The notes below the pieces were generated by a model that saw nothing but the letters and a program-made list of their open reading frames with translations, did no database searches and had not been told where the DNA came from. Below are positions 1 through 13,036 of a stretch of DNA of 64,000 nt, piece by piece (positions within the stretch are counted from its first letter, which is position 1; every line of letters begins with the position of its first letter). Source of the DNA: Eledone cirrhosa (lineage: Eukaryota). The translations under genes were made by a program, and so were the position numbers. The DNA is taken from positions 73,098,001 through 73,162,000 of the forward strand of contig OZ024744.1 in NCBI GenBank assembly GCA_964016885.1. The letters run 5' to 3'.

Positions 1-294
1 CCAAGAACTCCATGTCTCTTCCACAAATTTGGAGGTTCAAAATTATTCATAATCAATTATTCTGAAAATAAATAATGGAAATATAGTCTGTTTTTATGAA
101 GACAAGAGTGACAACGGAAGTAAAAAAAATGTGCATATAATTAGCAGTTGAAAATTGAGAACAAATATCAACACCCTATATATATATATACATACATACC
201 CACACATATATTCACGCACACACATATATATGGTGGTGCACCAGCATGGCCTCAGCCTGTCACCTGGAACACAATAGAGTAATATATATATATA

Positions 295-352
<58 letters not shown>

Positions 353-396
353 ATACAGAATATAAAACAATCAAATTTTTGTTTAATGCATTTAAT

Positions 397-443
397 TGTT
401 GATGATCATTTCCTCCAGATAAATGTCTGGAATCATCAGAGCA
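397..443 (-). ncRNA. minimal type-I hammerhead ribozyme motif
   Basis: Minus strand: TGCT-CTGATGA-TTCCAGA CATTTA TCTGGAG-GAAA-TGATCA-TC-AACA, then ATTAAA. Confidence 0.65.
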
Positions 444-548
444 TACACAATGTTTAAACAAGTAGTTACATTATATACAAGTAAATACAATATATTACCC
501 TTTCTTATTTATAATTGTATATAGATTATATATATAAATATAAATACT

Positions 549-580
<32 letters not shown>

Positions 581-581
581 A

Positions 582-770
582 GGGCGGTGGATTGGCAGTA
601 TCAGTAGAGGGTCGGACGCCATGCTTTGTAGCACAGTTACGTCCCTTTACGGACTGAATTCAAATCCCGCCGAGGTTAACTTTGCCTTTTATCTTTACGG
701 GGTCGATAAAATAAAGTACCAGTAATGTACCAGTAATTGCTGGCCTTGTGCCTAAAGTAGAAACAATTAT
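582..770 (+). mobile_element. tRNA-derived SINE family A (representative copy)
   Basis: GGCGGTGGATTGGCAGTATC...(G)AGTTCAAATCC (B-box-like)...GGGGTCGATAAAATAAAGTACCAG with a TTA-type tail. Further copies at about 5090-5300, 13864-14045, 17100-17260(-), 21280-21470(-), 25745-25960, 45840-46050(-), 50157-50395, 53705-53890, 62253-62440 and 62453-62575. Confidence 0.8.
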
Positions 771-799
771 TATTATTCCCAGCATTTTGTTGAAAGATG

Positions 800-1121
800 G
801 GTGAGAGAGGCAAGAATGGCCCGAGTGAATGGGCCTACTCTGAGTATGTGTCTGTAAATTAAAGGTGGAAAACTGGGAGAGGGCACTTGCCCAGGTGGTC
901 AGGGTCACTGTGGCTTTTTAATGGGCTTTCTCCACGAATGTCACTCGGAAGTCTCCCCCGTATTGGGGAATTTTTCATTGTTAATTTTTGTTACATCCTC
1001 TGTTTTTGTTTTTTACATGCAGAAATACCCATTTGTACCGTCCTGTACTGTCCTTAATGTCTAATTTATGTAAACCCTTGTGGTTAATAAAGAAAGCATT
1101 ATTATTATTATTATTATTATT
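800..1121 (+). mobile_element. 3' end of a non-LTR retroposon (probably Tx1/L1-like) with AATAAA and (ATT)n tail
   Basis: Ends CCCTTGTGGTTAATAAAGAAAGC(ATT)n; related ends at about 56760-56855 and 56860-57210. The clade assignment is a guess. Confidence 0.5.
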
Positions 1122-1264
1122 AATATATATATATATATAATGATGTATGAATGCTCAATAACCAAAATATGGTGAAACTGGATAAAATTACTGTAACAAG
1201 TTGAATTTTTATAGGTAACTGACGCTTAAGAGACCACATCTAGACTGGCTACTTCTATTATAGT

Positions 1265-1480
1265 TTAATCCTTTAGCATTTACATTACTCTATATTTACT
1301 ATTGTATTTTCATAGTAAAGGCTTTATCTCACATAATATCGAATCTATGAGATTTTGATGTTATTTAATTTGATAACAATACCTTCATATCGGTATGAGT
1401 GTCCGGTTACAGCTGGTTTGAACAGAATAAGGTGAGAGAATTCTGGCTGGATATGGCCGGTTTAAATGCTAAAGGGTTAC
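1265..1480. mobile_element. piggyBac-like MITE (~215 bp), representative copy
   Basis: Family TIR CCCTTTAGCATTTA...TAAATGCTAAAGGG flanked by TTAA (slightly degenerate here). Other copies: 7661-7879, 18802-19011, 30733-30959, 49560-49771, 57833-58038, partial at ~55176. Confidence 0.8.
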
Positions 1481-2204
1481 ATTGTTGCAGCCCTTGTGCT
1501 TTTATTTTATTTATTTATTTTTTTTTTGCTGTGAATAACAAGGTGGATATAGTAGATATGTCTCATTTGCCTGGATGTAGAGGGCCTTTCCTTTAGAGCA
1601 GAGTATGTTCTTATGTTCCAAATTAGTTGTTTTTTTTTCCTTTGACTGTCAGTCTTATGAAAGCACTCTGCACACAAAGCTTTACACTTCAGAAGTATGT
1701 CGTCCCAATATTTTAGATCAAACTCTAATTGCCTCAGACCCTCCTTCATCTTATCCTTGTAGTGCAGCAGTAGTCTTCCAATATGTTTTTCTAGGACATT
1801 TAGAGGTTAGCAATGAAGAAGTATGATGCACCTCACACAGCACATTTGTGTGTATAACAAGGATTTTTCCACTGTTTCTTAGATTATATTTTTCAAAGGC
1901 ATTGTAGTCTATGCAGTCTAGTGTCATAGCATCCCATGAAACTTAGATAGTCTATGTGAAACAAATCTAGAGAGTTGATTTCATCATCATCATCATCATC
2001 ATCATCATTTCCGTTTAACGTCAATTTTTCCACGCTTGCATGGATTAGATGGGTCGTCCACACCGGGAGGCAAGTATGGCCAGGGTAGGCCATATATTGC
2101 ACCTTGCTCCAGCGAGGACTGTAAATTTGGCTGGGTATTTTACAGCTGGATACCCTTCCTAAACCATCCACGTTTACAGTGTGGAACTGGATACATATGC
2201 TTAT

Positions 2205-3580
2205 ATATCATCATCACAGTTTTACGTCCATTCTTCCATGCTAGCATGGGTTAGACGGGTTGTCCTGTTGTGGGCAGAAGCCGGTCAGCTGACCATGTCC
2301 TGCTCATACAGGAACTGATTCTGGCTTGATTTCTGCAACTGGATGCCCTTCCTAACACCAACCTCATTTACAGTAAGTGCTGTGTGCTTTTTTCCCGTGG
2401 CGCCTACACATCCACTTTACAGTGTGGGCTGGGTGCTTTTTTGCCGTGGCACCTCCACGACCACTTTGCAGTGGGGGGAGTGGGAGGGGGCGCATATTGT
2501 CTATATGCTTCAGCTTCGGCTTGTACTCGAGGGAAGTTCGGTCTTCTGTATTACTGCATGACCCCAGAGGTCACTACCATGTAACATTGCTGTTCGTATA
2601 CACGCATCATACAGTCTGCCCTTCATTTTGAGGGGAAAGCCTTTTGTAGCTAGCAGTGGCAGTAGCTCCCTGAACTTTTTCCATCCCGTTCTTACCCTAG
2701 TTATTGTACTTTCCGAACACCCACCTCCGCTGCTAATTCGGTCACCTAGGTAGCAGAAGCTGTCTACTGTTTCTACAGAGCCCTCCCAGAGTTTGGTGGT
2801 GCTTGTTTCCTGTGGCCGTTTGCCTCTTGCTGTCCCAGCACAGTTGCTACATGTGAAGCCTACATTCTTAGTTAAGCTTCCTGAGATCCCCCTACATCTC
2901 TTGTGTATCCATTGTTTGCATTTGGGGCAGAGGATGGAGTTCCAACCTAAACCTTTCCTACATACTGAGCAAGGCCATTTTCCTGAGGGGATCTGGGTTC
3001 TGTTTTCTCGTCTACATACAAGGACGTTAGTCTTTGTCAGGTTTACTTTGAGACCCCTTCTTTCTAGTCCCTGCTTCCATGTTTGGAATTTCTTCTCTAA
3101 TTCTACCCTAGATTCAGCTATAAGTGCAAGGTCATATGCATACAGGAGTTCCCATGGGCATCCGGTCTTAAACTCCTCCGTTATTGCCTGCAAAACTATG
3201 ATGAACAGGAGAGGGCTAAGAACAGAGCCCTGGTGGCCACTGATATGTATGCTAAATTCCTCACTGTAGTCATTGCTAACCCTAACTTTGCTGACTGCTC
3301 CCCTATACATGGCTTGTACAGCTTTCACAAGCCATTCATCTACTCCTAGTTTTCTAAGAGCCCACCAGATTATAGCATGGGGAACTCTGTCAAAGGCTTT
3401 CTCGAGATCGACGAATGCCAGGTAGAGCGGCTTACTCTTAGCTAGGTACTTTTCCTGTAACTGCCTCACAAGGAAGTGGGCATCAGTGGTGCCTTTTCCT
3501 GGCACAAACCCAAATTGCATCTCATCTAGTTTCACCCGGTCCCTAATCAACTGTGCTATAACTCTTTCTGTTACTTTCAT
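2205..3580 (-). mobile_element. RTE-clade LINE fragment (RT domain + 3' UTR), internally deleted
   Basis: ORF 2510-3580: QFGFVPGKGTTDA, FVDLEKAFDRV, HQGSVLSPLLF, YAYD (degenerate YADD). It jumps from TAMLHGS directly to DLWGHAVI, followed by a 3' UTR and (GAT)n tail. Confidence 0.92.
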
Positions 3581-3582
3581 GA

Positions 3583-3635
<53 letters not shown>

Positions 3636-3754
3636 GTAATAATAAATACAAAGACCAAAATCGAGAGAGGACTTGATACGAGTTGTATAACATCATAATC
3701 ATCATCGTTTAAAATCCATTTTCCACTCTAGTGTTTGATTTTTTTCCTTTAAAC

Positions 3755-4109
3755 CAAAGGTTCCCAAACTTTTTTTGCTCACCCCTCACAGCCACATATT
3801 ACTCTCAGCGCACCCCAACCATATTTCCAGGTAGACCTGCCTATACATGATATATAATAAATAAATATATATAATAAATAATATAATATATACTATGTAT
3901 AAATAAATAAATATTTTTTATTTTACTATATTTATATATAATATGTATCATTTGATATTTAATATACTATTATATCATCTCTACCACCTCGACACCTCAC
4001 CACCATCACCACTGCCCCCATAGGCCCCAGCACCCCTTCCTGAATGTTCTCAACGCTCCCCCCCCCCCCATCCCCCAGGGAGTGGTAGCGCCCACTTTGA
4101 GAACCTCTG
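3755..4109. mobile_element. hAT (Charlie-like) MITE
   Basis: TIRs CAAAGGTTCCCAAA / TTTGAGAACCTCTG; 8-bp TSD CTTTAAAC (3747-54) / CTCTAAAC (4110-17). Confidence 0.7.
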
Positions 4110-4376
4110 CTCTAAACTGTCAACATTTCATACATTTACACTATCGAGGTTGCTGTGGAACCAAAGAGAGCAAAATAATAAAATGATGATCTTGATAGGG
4201 TTATCATGATAAAGCTTGACTGTAATGCATTTGGTCTTGATTGATGCACAAGTTCAGTTTTTGTGATACTAATGGTGAGATCAATAGCTTTTAGCATGGT
4301 TCTACTTCTACAACAAGATGTTCTTCCTATTGCAAACCATCTTACAGGGTACATGCACAAACAAACACACACATAC

Positions 4377-4407
<31 letters not shown>

Positions 4408-5361
4408 AAAGTAATAACAAAAATAACAAAACAAACGGCACAGTACATGGAAGAAATATATTAGTTTAACGCTTGAAATAGCAGGAATAGAGTATTACGT
4501 TTCACACACTAGTCCTTCATCAGAAGATAGAGTTAGAAAGTAAAGAGCGATGAGAGGAAGGAACAAGGAAAATGAGAAAAATGTTCTGGAGAAGAAAAAC
4601 ATGGTAGTATTAATCATTTAACATCCAATTTCTATATATATATAATTAGAGAGAGAGTGGGAGAGAGAGATTTTAAGAATGAATTCATACTTTACTTATG
4701 TGTGCTTTTTATTTAATAATCACAATTTAGCTGTACTCATCATCATCATCATCATCATCATCATCGTTTAACGCCCATCTTACACACTAGTATCAAACCA
4801 GTAACTCTGCAAGTTTATCTCTTCATTAGCAGAAAAAGAGATTGATTGATCATCTGCCTATGCTGTGAGATAAACCTGCTGTGTTTATTTTTCATAGCCA
4901 GATTAAATTGTGCATGGAACATTTACAAGTAAATAGTTAACAGAATTAAATCAGGCCTCATTTAATACTTGTATTAATCTGTATTATTTTCCCACAATAT
5001 ATGCTGTTATTTCAGCATGAAAAAAATGACATATTCAATAGCAAGAGAAAGAAAGATTGCCTGAAAGAAATTAAATAGCATTATAATAGTGCATTAGAAG
5101 AGTCAGTTGAATGTCAGATAAAATGCTTTGTAGCATAGAGTTGCGGCCGTTTATGCTCTAAATTCAAATTCCACCAAGATTAGCTTTGTCTTTCATCCTT
5201 TCAGAGGTCGATAAAATAAAGTAACAGTAACGCAGTGGGGTCGATTTAATTAACTTACACTTCCCCTTTCCCCAAAATTGCTGGCCTAAATCAGAAATGA
5301 CCATTTTTAGAAATATGAAAACATAGGGATATTTTTCTATGGGTAGAAAATATTGGGATCG

Positions 5362-5402
5362 CTCTGACTAGTTTCATTTCTACTTGAAAATTCATCAGAA
5401 AA
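5362..5402 (-). ncRNA. minimal type-I hammerhead ribozyme motif
   Basis: Minus strand: TTTT-CTGATGA-ATTTTC AAGTA GAAAT-GAAAC-TA-GTC-AGAG. Confidence 0.6.
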
Positions 5403-5599
5403 TATATGTAAGCAGTTATAGTAATCGCTCAACACTATTTTGTGTTTCAGTACTTAGACTGCAGCCATGTTAAGGCCTTGACTTAGTTGATCATATTGAC
5501 CCCAATACTTATTTCTTCAAGTCTGGTACTTATTTTATTGACCTGGTTTTTTGTCAAAATGTTAATTCTTAGGATGCAACAAGCATAAACATAGACACA

Positions 5600-6930
5600 G
5601 ATACAGTTTGGTTTTGTACCTTGGAATAGTACAACAGATGCCCTCTTCTTAGTGAAACAACTTCATGAGAGGTTCTTAGAGAAGAATAAGCCACTGTACT
5701 TAGCCTTTGTTGACCTAGAGAAGGCCTTTGATATAGTACCCCGATCTGTCACCTGATGGTCCCTAAGGAAACTAGGTGTAGAAGAATGGCTTGTGAGGAC
5801 AATGCAAGCTATGTACAGGGGTGCTGTCAGTAAAGTGAGAGTAGGAATGGAGTTTAGTGAAGAATTCCAGATACAAGTAGAAGTACAAGCCCACTCTTGT
5901 TCATTATAGTTCTCCAAGTCATAACAGAGGAGTTTAAGACTGGCTGCCCATGGGAACTTCTCTATGCTGATGATCTGGTACTTATAGGAGAATCAGTAGA
6001 GGAGCTAGAGAATAAATTCTGGCTACGGAAACAGCAGTTGGAATCAAGAAGACTGAAAGTGAACCTAGCTAAGACTAAAGTGTTGATAAGTAGAAGAGAG
6101 GACAAAACTCTGATTCCATCAGGGAAATGGCCATGTTCGATATGTAGAAAAGGAGTTGGCATAAATTCTATAAAATGTGCGCAATGCAGATCTTGGATAC
6201 ACAAGAGATGTAGTGGGATAGCAGGCAAACTAACAGGTAGTGAAAACTACATATGCAGTAGATGTACAGTAGAAGGTGCAGTGATAGACACATTTTTCAA
6301 ATGGAGGTAGGATCTATAGAGGCGGTTGATAGCTTCCGATCTTAGGTGATCAGATTAGCAAGGGAGGAGGGTGCTCCAAGGCCATAGTATCTAGAATAAG
6401 GACGGGTTGGAAGAAGTTTAGGGAGCTCTTCCTCTGTTGACAAAGAAGGGTTTCTCTCTACGAACGAAAGGATAGTTATATGATGCTTGTGTGAGATGCG
6501 TGATGCTGCATGGTAGTGAGACATGGGAAGCAACTGCGGAGGCTATGCGACAGCTGGAGAGAAATGAAACAGTCATGCTGATGTGTAATGTCAATGTGCA
6601 TGTACGACCAAGCATAGACGAGTTGAGAGAGAAACTGGGTATAAGAGGGATAAGGTGTAGTGTGTGGGAGAGAAGACTGCATTGGTATGGACATGTGATG
6701 CACATGGAGGATGACCGCTTGGTAAAGAAGTGCCAAGAAATCCCAGTAGAAGGAAGACACAGTAGAGGAAGACCATGAAAAACATGGGTGGGGATGGTGA
6801 GAGCTGACCTCAGATCGCTGAAGCTCACAGAGATAACGAAGGACCGTGACAAATGGAGAGATGATGTGCTGAAGAGGACCCATCCCTCCCTTGCCAGCAG
6901 GGAAAAGTGTAAGTAAAATGATGATGGTGA
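5600..6930 (+). mobile_element. RTE-clade LINE fragment (second subfamily) with 3' end
   Basis: Frameshifted RT: GCPWELLYADDLV, WPCSICRKG, LHGSETW, LHWYGHVM, GRP; tail CCCTTGCCAGCAGGGAAAAG...(GAT)n. Confidence 0.92.
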
Positions 6931-7070
6931 CAGAAACACATATACAATATACTTCTGCAGTTCTATCTACCAAATTCCACTCACAAAGTACTAGTCAACA
7001 CAAGACACTTGCTGAAGGATTCCAGAACCTTTTGGTTTTGAAGTGAACTTTTTACCACATAACCAGGCCT

Positions 7071-7410
7071 GTGAAGGCGCACGGCTTAGTGGTTAGAGCA
7101 TTGGGCTTGCAATCAGCAGGTTGTGAGTTTGATTCTCGGACCGGGTGATGCGTTGTGTCCTTGAGCAAGACACTTTATTTCACATTGTTTCAGTTCACTC
7201 AGCTGTAGAAATGAGTTACGACATTACTGGTGTCAAGGTGTATCGGTGATTGCCTTTCCCTTGGATATTATCGGTGGCATGGAGAGGGGAGTCTGGTATG
7301 CATGGGTGACTGCTGGTCTTCCACAAACAACCTTGCCTGGACTTGTGCCTCGCAGGGAAACTTTCTAGATGCAAATGTCATGGTCATTTATGAACGAAGG
7401 AGGTCTTTAC
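7071..7410 (+). mobile_element. tRNA-derived SINE family B (representative copy)
   Basis: GGCTTAGTGGTTAGAGC (A-box-like), GAGTT(C/T)(A/G)ATTC (B-box-like), central TGTGTCCTTGAGCAAGACACTT. Other copies at about 9728, 14740, 22935, 24940, 26241, 31290, 39451 and 43087. Confidence 0.82.
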
Positions 7411-8842
7411 CTTACCTGATTATACTGAACAAACATGGGCTGGTATTTCAAACAAATTGAGATATGTTGATCTCTTTGTTAAAGTAAAAACACTTTCTAG
7501 AAACTTAATTACGTAATAAAAATACTTCCAAAGTTATATTTAAAATATGATTTAGACATATATCTGTTAAACGTAACACATTCCAACTGATCTTATCTGA
7601 AGTATAATACCACAGTGATCATTATCATCATAAGCCTCATCATCATCATCATATATACCATTGAGCATTTAAACCAGCCATATGCGGCCAGAGTTCTCTC
7701 TCTTCTTTCTGTTCAAACTGATCAAAACTGGCCACTCTTACTGATTTTAAGGTATTGTTGTCGAAATAGATATCAAAATCTCATAGATTCGATTTTATGT
7801 GAGATGATTATGTGAGGTAAAGCCTTTATCATGAAAATACAATAGTATATATAGAGTAATGTAAATGCTAAAGGGTTAAAAAGTTCTCTTGACCATTTGT
7901 TTGGCAAGATCAGTAAATAATGAATGATGAGTAAGAATATTTAGAGCCGTAGTATTAATCTATATGATAATAATAATATATTGAAATTATTGTGTACATT
8001 GCTCAGGTGCACTACAACACATCAAAGGTGCATGTATAGTACATAGATTAATGTACAAATGTCAGGAAAATGAACAGTGTATGAGTCATGATATACATGT
8101 GTGCATGTGTATGGAAGGGGATATCACGTGTAGTATTGGCGAATTTCAGGAAGAATGGGGGTTTTAAAGCTAACAACTGAGCGTGAAAAGAATGCAACCA
8201 AGTTACATGACTGACAAAAATCACATTAAACTATATGTTAAAATATATATTTAGTGCTGCATTGGAGTCCTGTTTTGTGGGTCTCTGTGTATGTGTGTGA
8301 GTGTCTGTGGTTGTCTGTGTGTGTGTGTCTGGATGGTGTATGTATATCATTGCATCTGTTTGTGTGTGTGAGTGTTTGTGTGTATGTCTGCATGTCTGTA
8401 TCTATGTGCGTGTTTCTGAATGATATGTGAATGTCTGTATCTATATGTGTGTGCGTGTGTGTATGTCATTGCATCTGTGTGTGTATATCTGTCTGTATGT
8501 GTTTTAGCTCTTTAACACGGGAACATGTTCTGTTTCTACTATCCAAAGTCAGAGCTTGTTTTATTTGTATATCTATGTATTTGGTGAGTATAAATTATTT
8601 TTGTTATATTCACAATTGCTGTCTTTTCAATAGTTCTGTTGTTTGGATGAAATATATCAGTCAATATTACATTATCTGTCCAGTTTATGTAAATTGATGT
8701 GATGTGGTTGAAACAAAACAGAGAAGAGGAAGTATCACACTGTAAAATTGAAAGAGAGAGAGAGAGTGTGTGCGTGTGTGTGTATGAGTGAGTGTGTTTA
8801 TTGGTTTGCTTGATTGAATAAATAAGCAATCATCTAAATATA

Positions 8843-9140
8843 AAGCGGCGATTTGGCAGAGTCATTAAGACATTGGATGGAATGCTTTACGGTATTTTTC
8901 CCACTGCATTGCATGCTCTGAGTTCAAATCCTGCCATGGTCAATTTTGCCTTTCATCCTTTCGAGGTCGATAACAAAAATGTACCAGTCAAGTACAAGGG
9001 GTCGATTCTTTCTCTATAGAAAAAAATCGGCTGTGTTCAGACCGGGAGAAGGTTGGGCTCTGCCAGGTTTAAAAGTGCCCTAGACATACCGTATAATGGT
9101 GCCTCTATGACTCCACAAGGAGTTCTGGGATATTTATCCT
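8843..9140 (+). mobile_element. SINE family A variant with a different 3' tail
   Basis: Near-identical copy at about 39142-39435; shares GAGTTCAAATCC...TTCATCCTTTCGAGGTCGATAA with family A. Confidence 0.7.
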
Positions 9141-10882
9141 TTTTATGAAATATGAAGACAGTTATGGGTTATCTGAATTCTTACTAGGAAATTTTTTTTT
9201 TTTTGCTGCTGGCTGTATGAATTTAGCTGTGCTGCCAGCAGTGAACAAATTGTGTTGTGTTGTAGTTAGCTAGTGCCAGGTGGGGAGCAGTGAACACATA
9301 AGATATAAGTAAAACAGTAAAAGGATTATTATATTAGGAATCAGACCAGAAAGGCCATCAACAGCAAATAGTAGTAGAGTCACATTTCTAAAGTATCTCG
9401 TTAATAATCATGGTGTGAAGTATGTATGGTCAGGACTATGAATAATAATAATAATAATGTAATGGTGGTGATGTTGATGATGATGATGATGATGATGATA
9501 AAGATGATGATACAAGACCACCTGAGATTGTAAACTAGATATATATGATCTGATTGTCTGATTGTTTGTTTGTTTTTAACGTCCCTCTCCCCTGCTTACC
9601 TACATTATACTTTACCTAGGTTAAAAAAACAAGGGTAATAAAAAGTATTAAAAAATTCAAAATATAACAATAAATATATATGAGCAAATACACACACATA
9701 TATCATCATCATCATCATCATCGGACATGAAGGTGTGCAGCTTAGTGGTTTTGGTGTTCAGCTCATAATCATCAAATCATGTGTTCAATTCCTAGGTCAG
9801 GTGGCACATTGTGTCCTTGAGCAAGACACTTTATTTCATGTTGCTCCAGTCCGCTCAGTTGGGAAAAAAATCAGTTGCTACAACACTGGTGCCATGCATG
9901 GACAACCGCTGGTCACCTGCAAGACAGCCTGCTCAGGCTTATGCTTCAGATATGAAACTAATGGTTACTCAGTCATTTGTAAAACATCCATTGGTCAGTC
10001 ACAATCGAAGGAGCCTTTTCCTTTCCTTTTCTTTTCTGCTTTTGCTCTTTCTTACAAGGTTGGCCATATGTTATCATATATGCTTACCTGAAAAGGAATT
10101 AATTCTACCACAAGACAAAAATAGACACAATTCAAAGAATAATCTTCTTTCTAACTGTTTATATAAAACAAATTTTTTACTAAGCAATTTTTAAATGAAG
10201 GATCTCTCGTTTTCTATCTCTCTCACATATTCTGTTGTTTTCTTTCTTCCCATTTTTCCTTCACCCTTTTACCATTTTGGTTTTTGCTTTTCAGTGTTCC
10301 TTTTTTTTTCTTTGGTAGGGATGGGAGGGCTCGTTTCAACTAAGAGAGGAGGGCACAGACTGCTTAATATATGTTTTTGATATAGAAACTTATGAATGAA
10401 GAGCAAATGCTTATAACATTTGTACAAAGCAACATATATTCCTTTTATCCTTCTTTCATTTTTGAGGAATGGAATATATATTCCATTTCTGAGTGTTTTT
10501 TTTTTTTCTTCTTAACTACTTTCTCTAATCTTTATTGTTAATAATGTACTATATTTGAAGCATTTAATGTGAGCAATGTTGTGAACAGATCTAGCAAAAT
10601 GCTGCCATAGTGAATTATAATTTTATTTATTCATACTGTTATAATTTTCATTGATATATATATATAATAATTTTAAGTGATATGTTGAGATATATCAATT
10701 GAGAAACTAACTAGGCTTTAATACATATATATACATAAAAACAAATACAATTTAAGGTGTTAAATAATAGCAAAATTGTTTTATATTATGGATGCTCTAA
10801 ACAGAAGTTTATTAACCTTTTACTGAAAAACATTATCTATACATATTTTATACGTATTGATTAAACCTAAAATTAAGTTTTG

Positions 10883-10920
<38 letters not shown>

Positions 10921-11589
10921 GTAATATTGGGGTTTTCCAATAAGGATCGTGGTAAAGATGAGAGAAGCACTGTGCTATCCAGTTTCCCTGATACAGCAGT
11001 AATTCAAAATTAACTGAGTATTTTCTCAGCCATTGTAGATTCTGTTGGAGATTGTTAGGCTACAGGCTGCAGAGCTCAACATTTATAAATGGAGAGAAAA
11101 TAAACAAGTTATACTTAAAACATAAATTTAATTCTACATATTTTTCAATGTAAAGCAGCAGGCGATACCATGATACATACAAGGCATCTGCCCATTGCTC
11201 TACATATCTTCAGGAATTTAGATATTGTTAGAACTTTCAAGAGTAATACATACAAGAGATAACTCCATAACATATCAATTAATACATTGCAAATTACAAG
11301 CACATTCAAAAGCAACAGCAAAGCTGAAGTAGTATTAAAAACAGTATATCAAAATGTAGTACTTCTGTACATCCAAACATTAACAGACATATTAAAAGAT
11401 TTTTAGTGTGCATATTGACAAGAAAAAGAATGATAGTTGCCCACACTCTATATTGAAACATATGTAGAATGAAAATTATAAATATGTTTTAAGTATAATT
11501 TGGTATTCTCTCTCTCTATTTATAACACTGGAAGGTAATATCCGTAGTAGTAGAGCACTCAGCCCATGGGATGAGTTTGGTAGAAGTAG

Positions 11590-12020
11590 TAACAACAGTT
11601 AGTTCACCTTATACGGATCTTCAGCTCAGACTGGTCATGGATATACGGAACAAGAAGAACAACTGTATTGAATGCACATGCGCAGAAACGGTCACTTCAC
11701 CCAAGCGATACAAAACCACGCGTGAAAAGTGTAAAGGAGATAACTGTGATAGTCCGGAATTTTGAGTTGATTAGAAAATTAGAATGTTGTTGTTATTCAA
11801 TCCGGAGCTTTGTAGTTATGCAAGAGGTGTTTCCAGACATGTGGACAACATGAGAACATTTCATTTCTTAAATTTAGGAAATTGCTATTACATAATCTCC
11901 TTAGAATGTTTATCCTTTCTTCAATACACAGTCCACAAGAAGGATTGCCCCTTGCGTATGGCTTGGACTTAGTGATGGCTTTCCATTGAATGGAGTAGTC
12001 TATACCTGAGTATTGAGGGA
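11590..12020 (-). mobile_element. Penelope-like element relic (C-terminus of the GIY-YIG endonuclease region)
   Basis: ORF 11797-12063: YSIQWKAITKSKPY...CGLCIEERINI...NFLNLRNEMFSCCPHVWKHLL, matching the W-x-I...PY...CxLCxxE...LNxRxE...CxH pattern of PLE ORF ends. Confidence 0.75.
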
Positions 12021-12960
12021 CCATACGTGACTCACGAGTTTCATATATATGAAAATTAAACAATATAAATATCGGAACTAGATGTTGAAACGGGAAGCGC
12101 TAAACCTTCAAGCCCTGACTCTCTAATATATATATATATATATATATCATTATAATTATCATCATTTAACATCCACTTTCCTTGCTAACAACGATTGAAT
12201 GAGTCTACATAGACTATGTCAGTACTGAAGCAGGGTTATTGACCTTCCAAACAGTGCAGGGAATCTGTAACATCCGTATCGTCTAAATAGTGTATGTTTT
12301 GGTATATACACATCCATGTAGGGTTGGGTATTTGAGTTAACTCAAATACCCAACCCTACATGGAGCCTCTTGGTGGTCTACATGGCGGGTTCTTGCACGC
12401 ACAGACTCGGGGACTCAGTTTCTCAACAGGACAACGGCACATACAGAGTTCGATACGAGCTGACTACTTGCTCTACACATGGATGTGTATATACCAAAAC
12501 ATACACTATTTAGATGATACAGATGTTACAATTCAATCGATACACGTATAGCAGCACATTGAACAGAATTTACTTGCGTGTGTATAGGGTTGTGATTGAC
12601 CCAATTTTTCTAATTTACATCGTTAAAATTGATATTTGACCAATATAACATTCGGTGCATACTATGTTGGTATATATATTTTTTCTCTGACCTCGCGTCG
12701 GTGTGTGTGAGTGTATGTGTACTCACTAACACTAATTGTGACCGACCAACATTCTACAGATTTGATGCCTCGATTAGACCTATTCAGTGTCTTTTACAGC
12801 TATTGAGAGATAGAGACTTGATAGATTTCTGACCCTGACTGAAGACGATAGCAGTTGGCGTGTTTTGGCTGCTGAATCTTCATATGGGGAACAAAACTCT
12901 AGTGAGTGAACATCGTTAGTTTTTCCTCCCTCATATCAAGGATTTGAAGACAATTCATTA

Positions 12961-13036
12961 TTCACCTGATGAGATTAGTGATAATCAATCATGACCACAT
13001 GATCGATCTATCTCTTATTGAAACATGTGTTGTGAT
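12961..13036 (+). ncRNA. type-I hammerhead ribozyme motif with long stem II
   Basis: TCAC-CTGATGA-[~21-bp imperfect hairpin, loop ACCA]-GAAAC-ATGT-GTT-GTGA, then ATTAAA. Confidence 0.7.

Noticed and set aside
2510-3580. 356-aa RT ORF as an active or domesticated gene
   Set aside because: Catalytic YADD is mutated to YAYD, the 5' end is truncated at a (TA)n tract and there is an internal deletion.
4493-4527. Minus-strand CTGATGA...GAAACGTA as an active hammerhead
   Set aside because: The core is intact but stems I and II barely pair; counted only as a decayed copy.
7071-7150. tRNA gene-like sequences at SINE 5' ends
   Set aside because: A/B-box-like motifs are present but there is no clean cloverleaf, and each runs into SINE body sequence.
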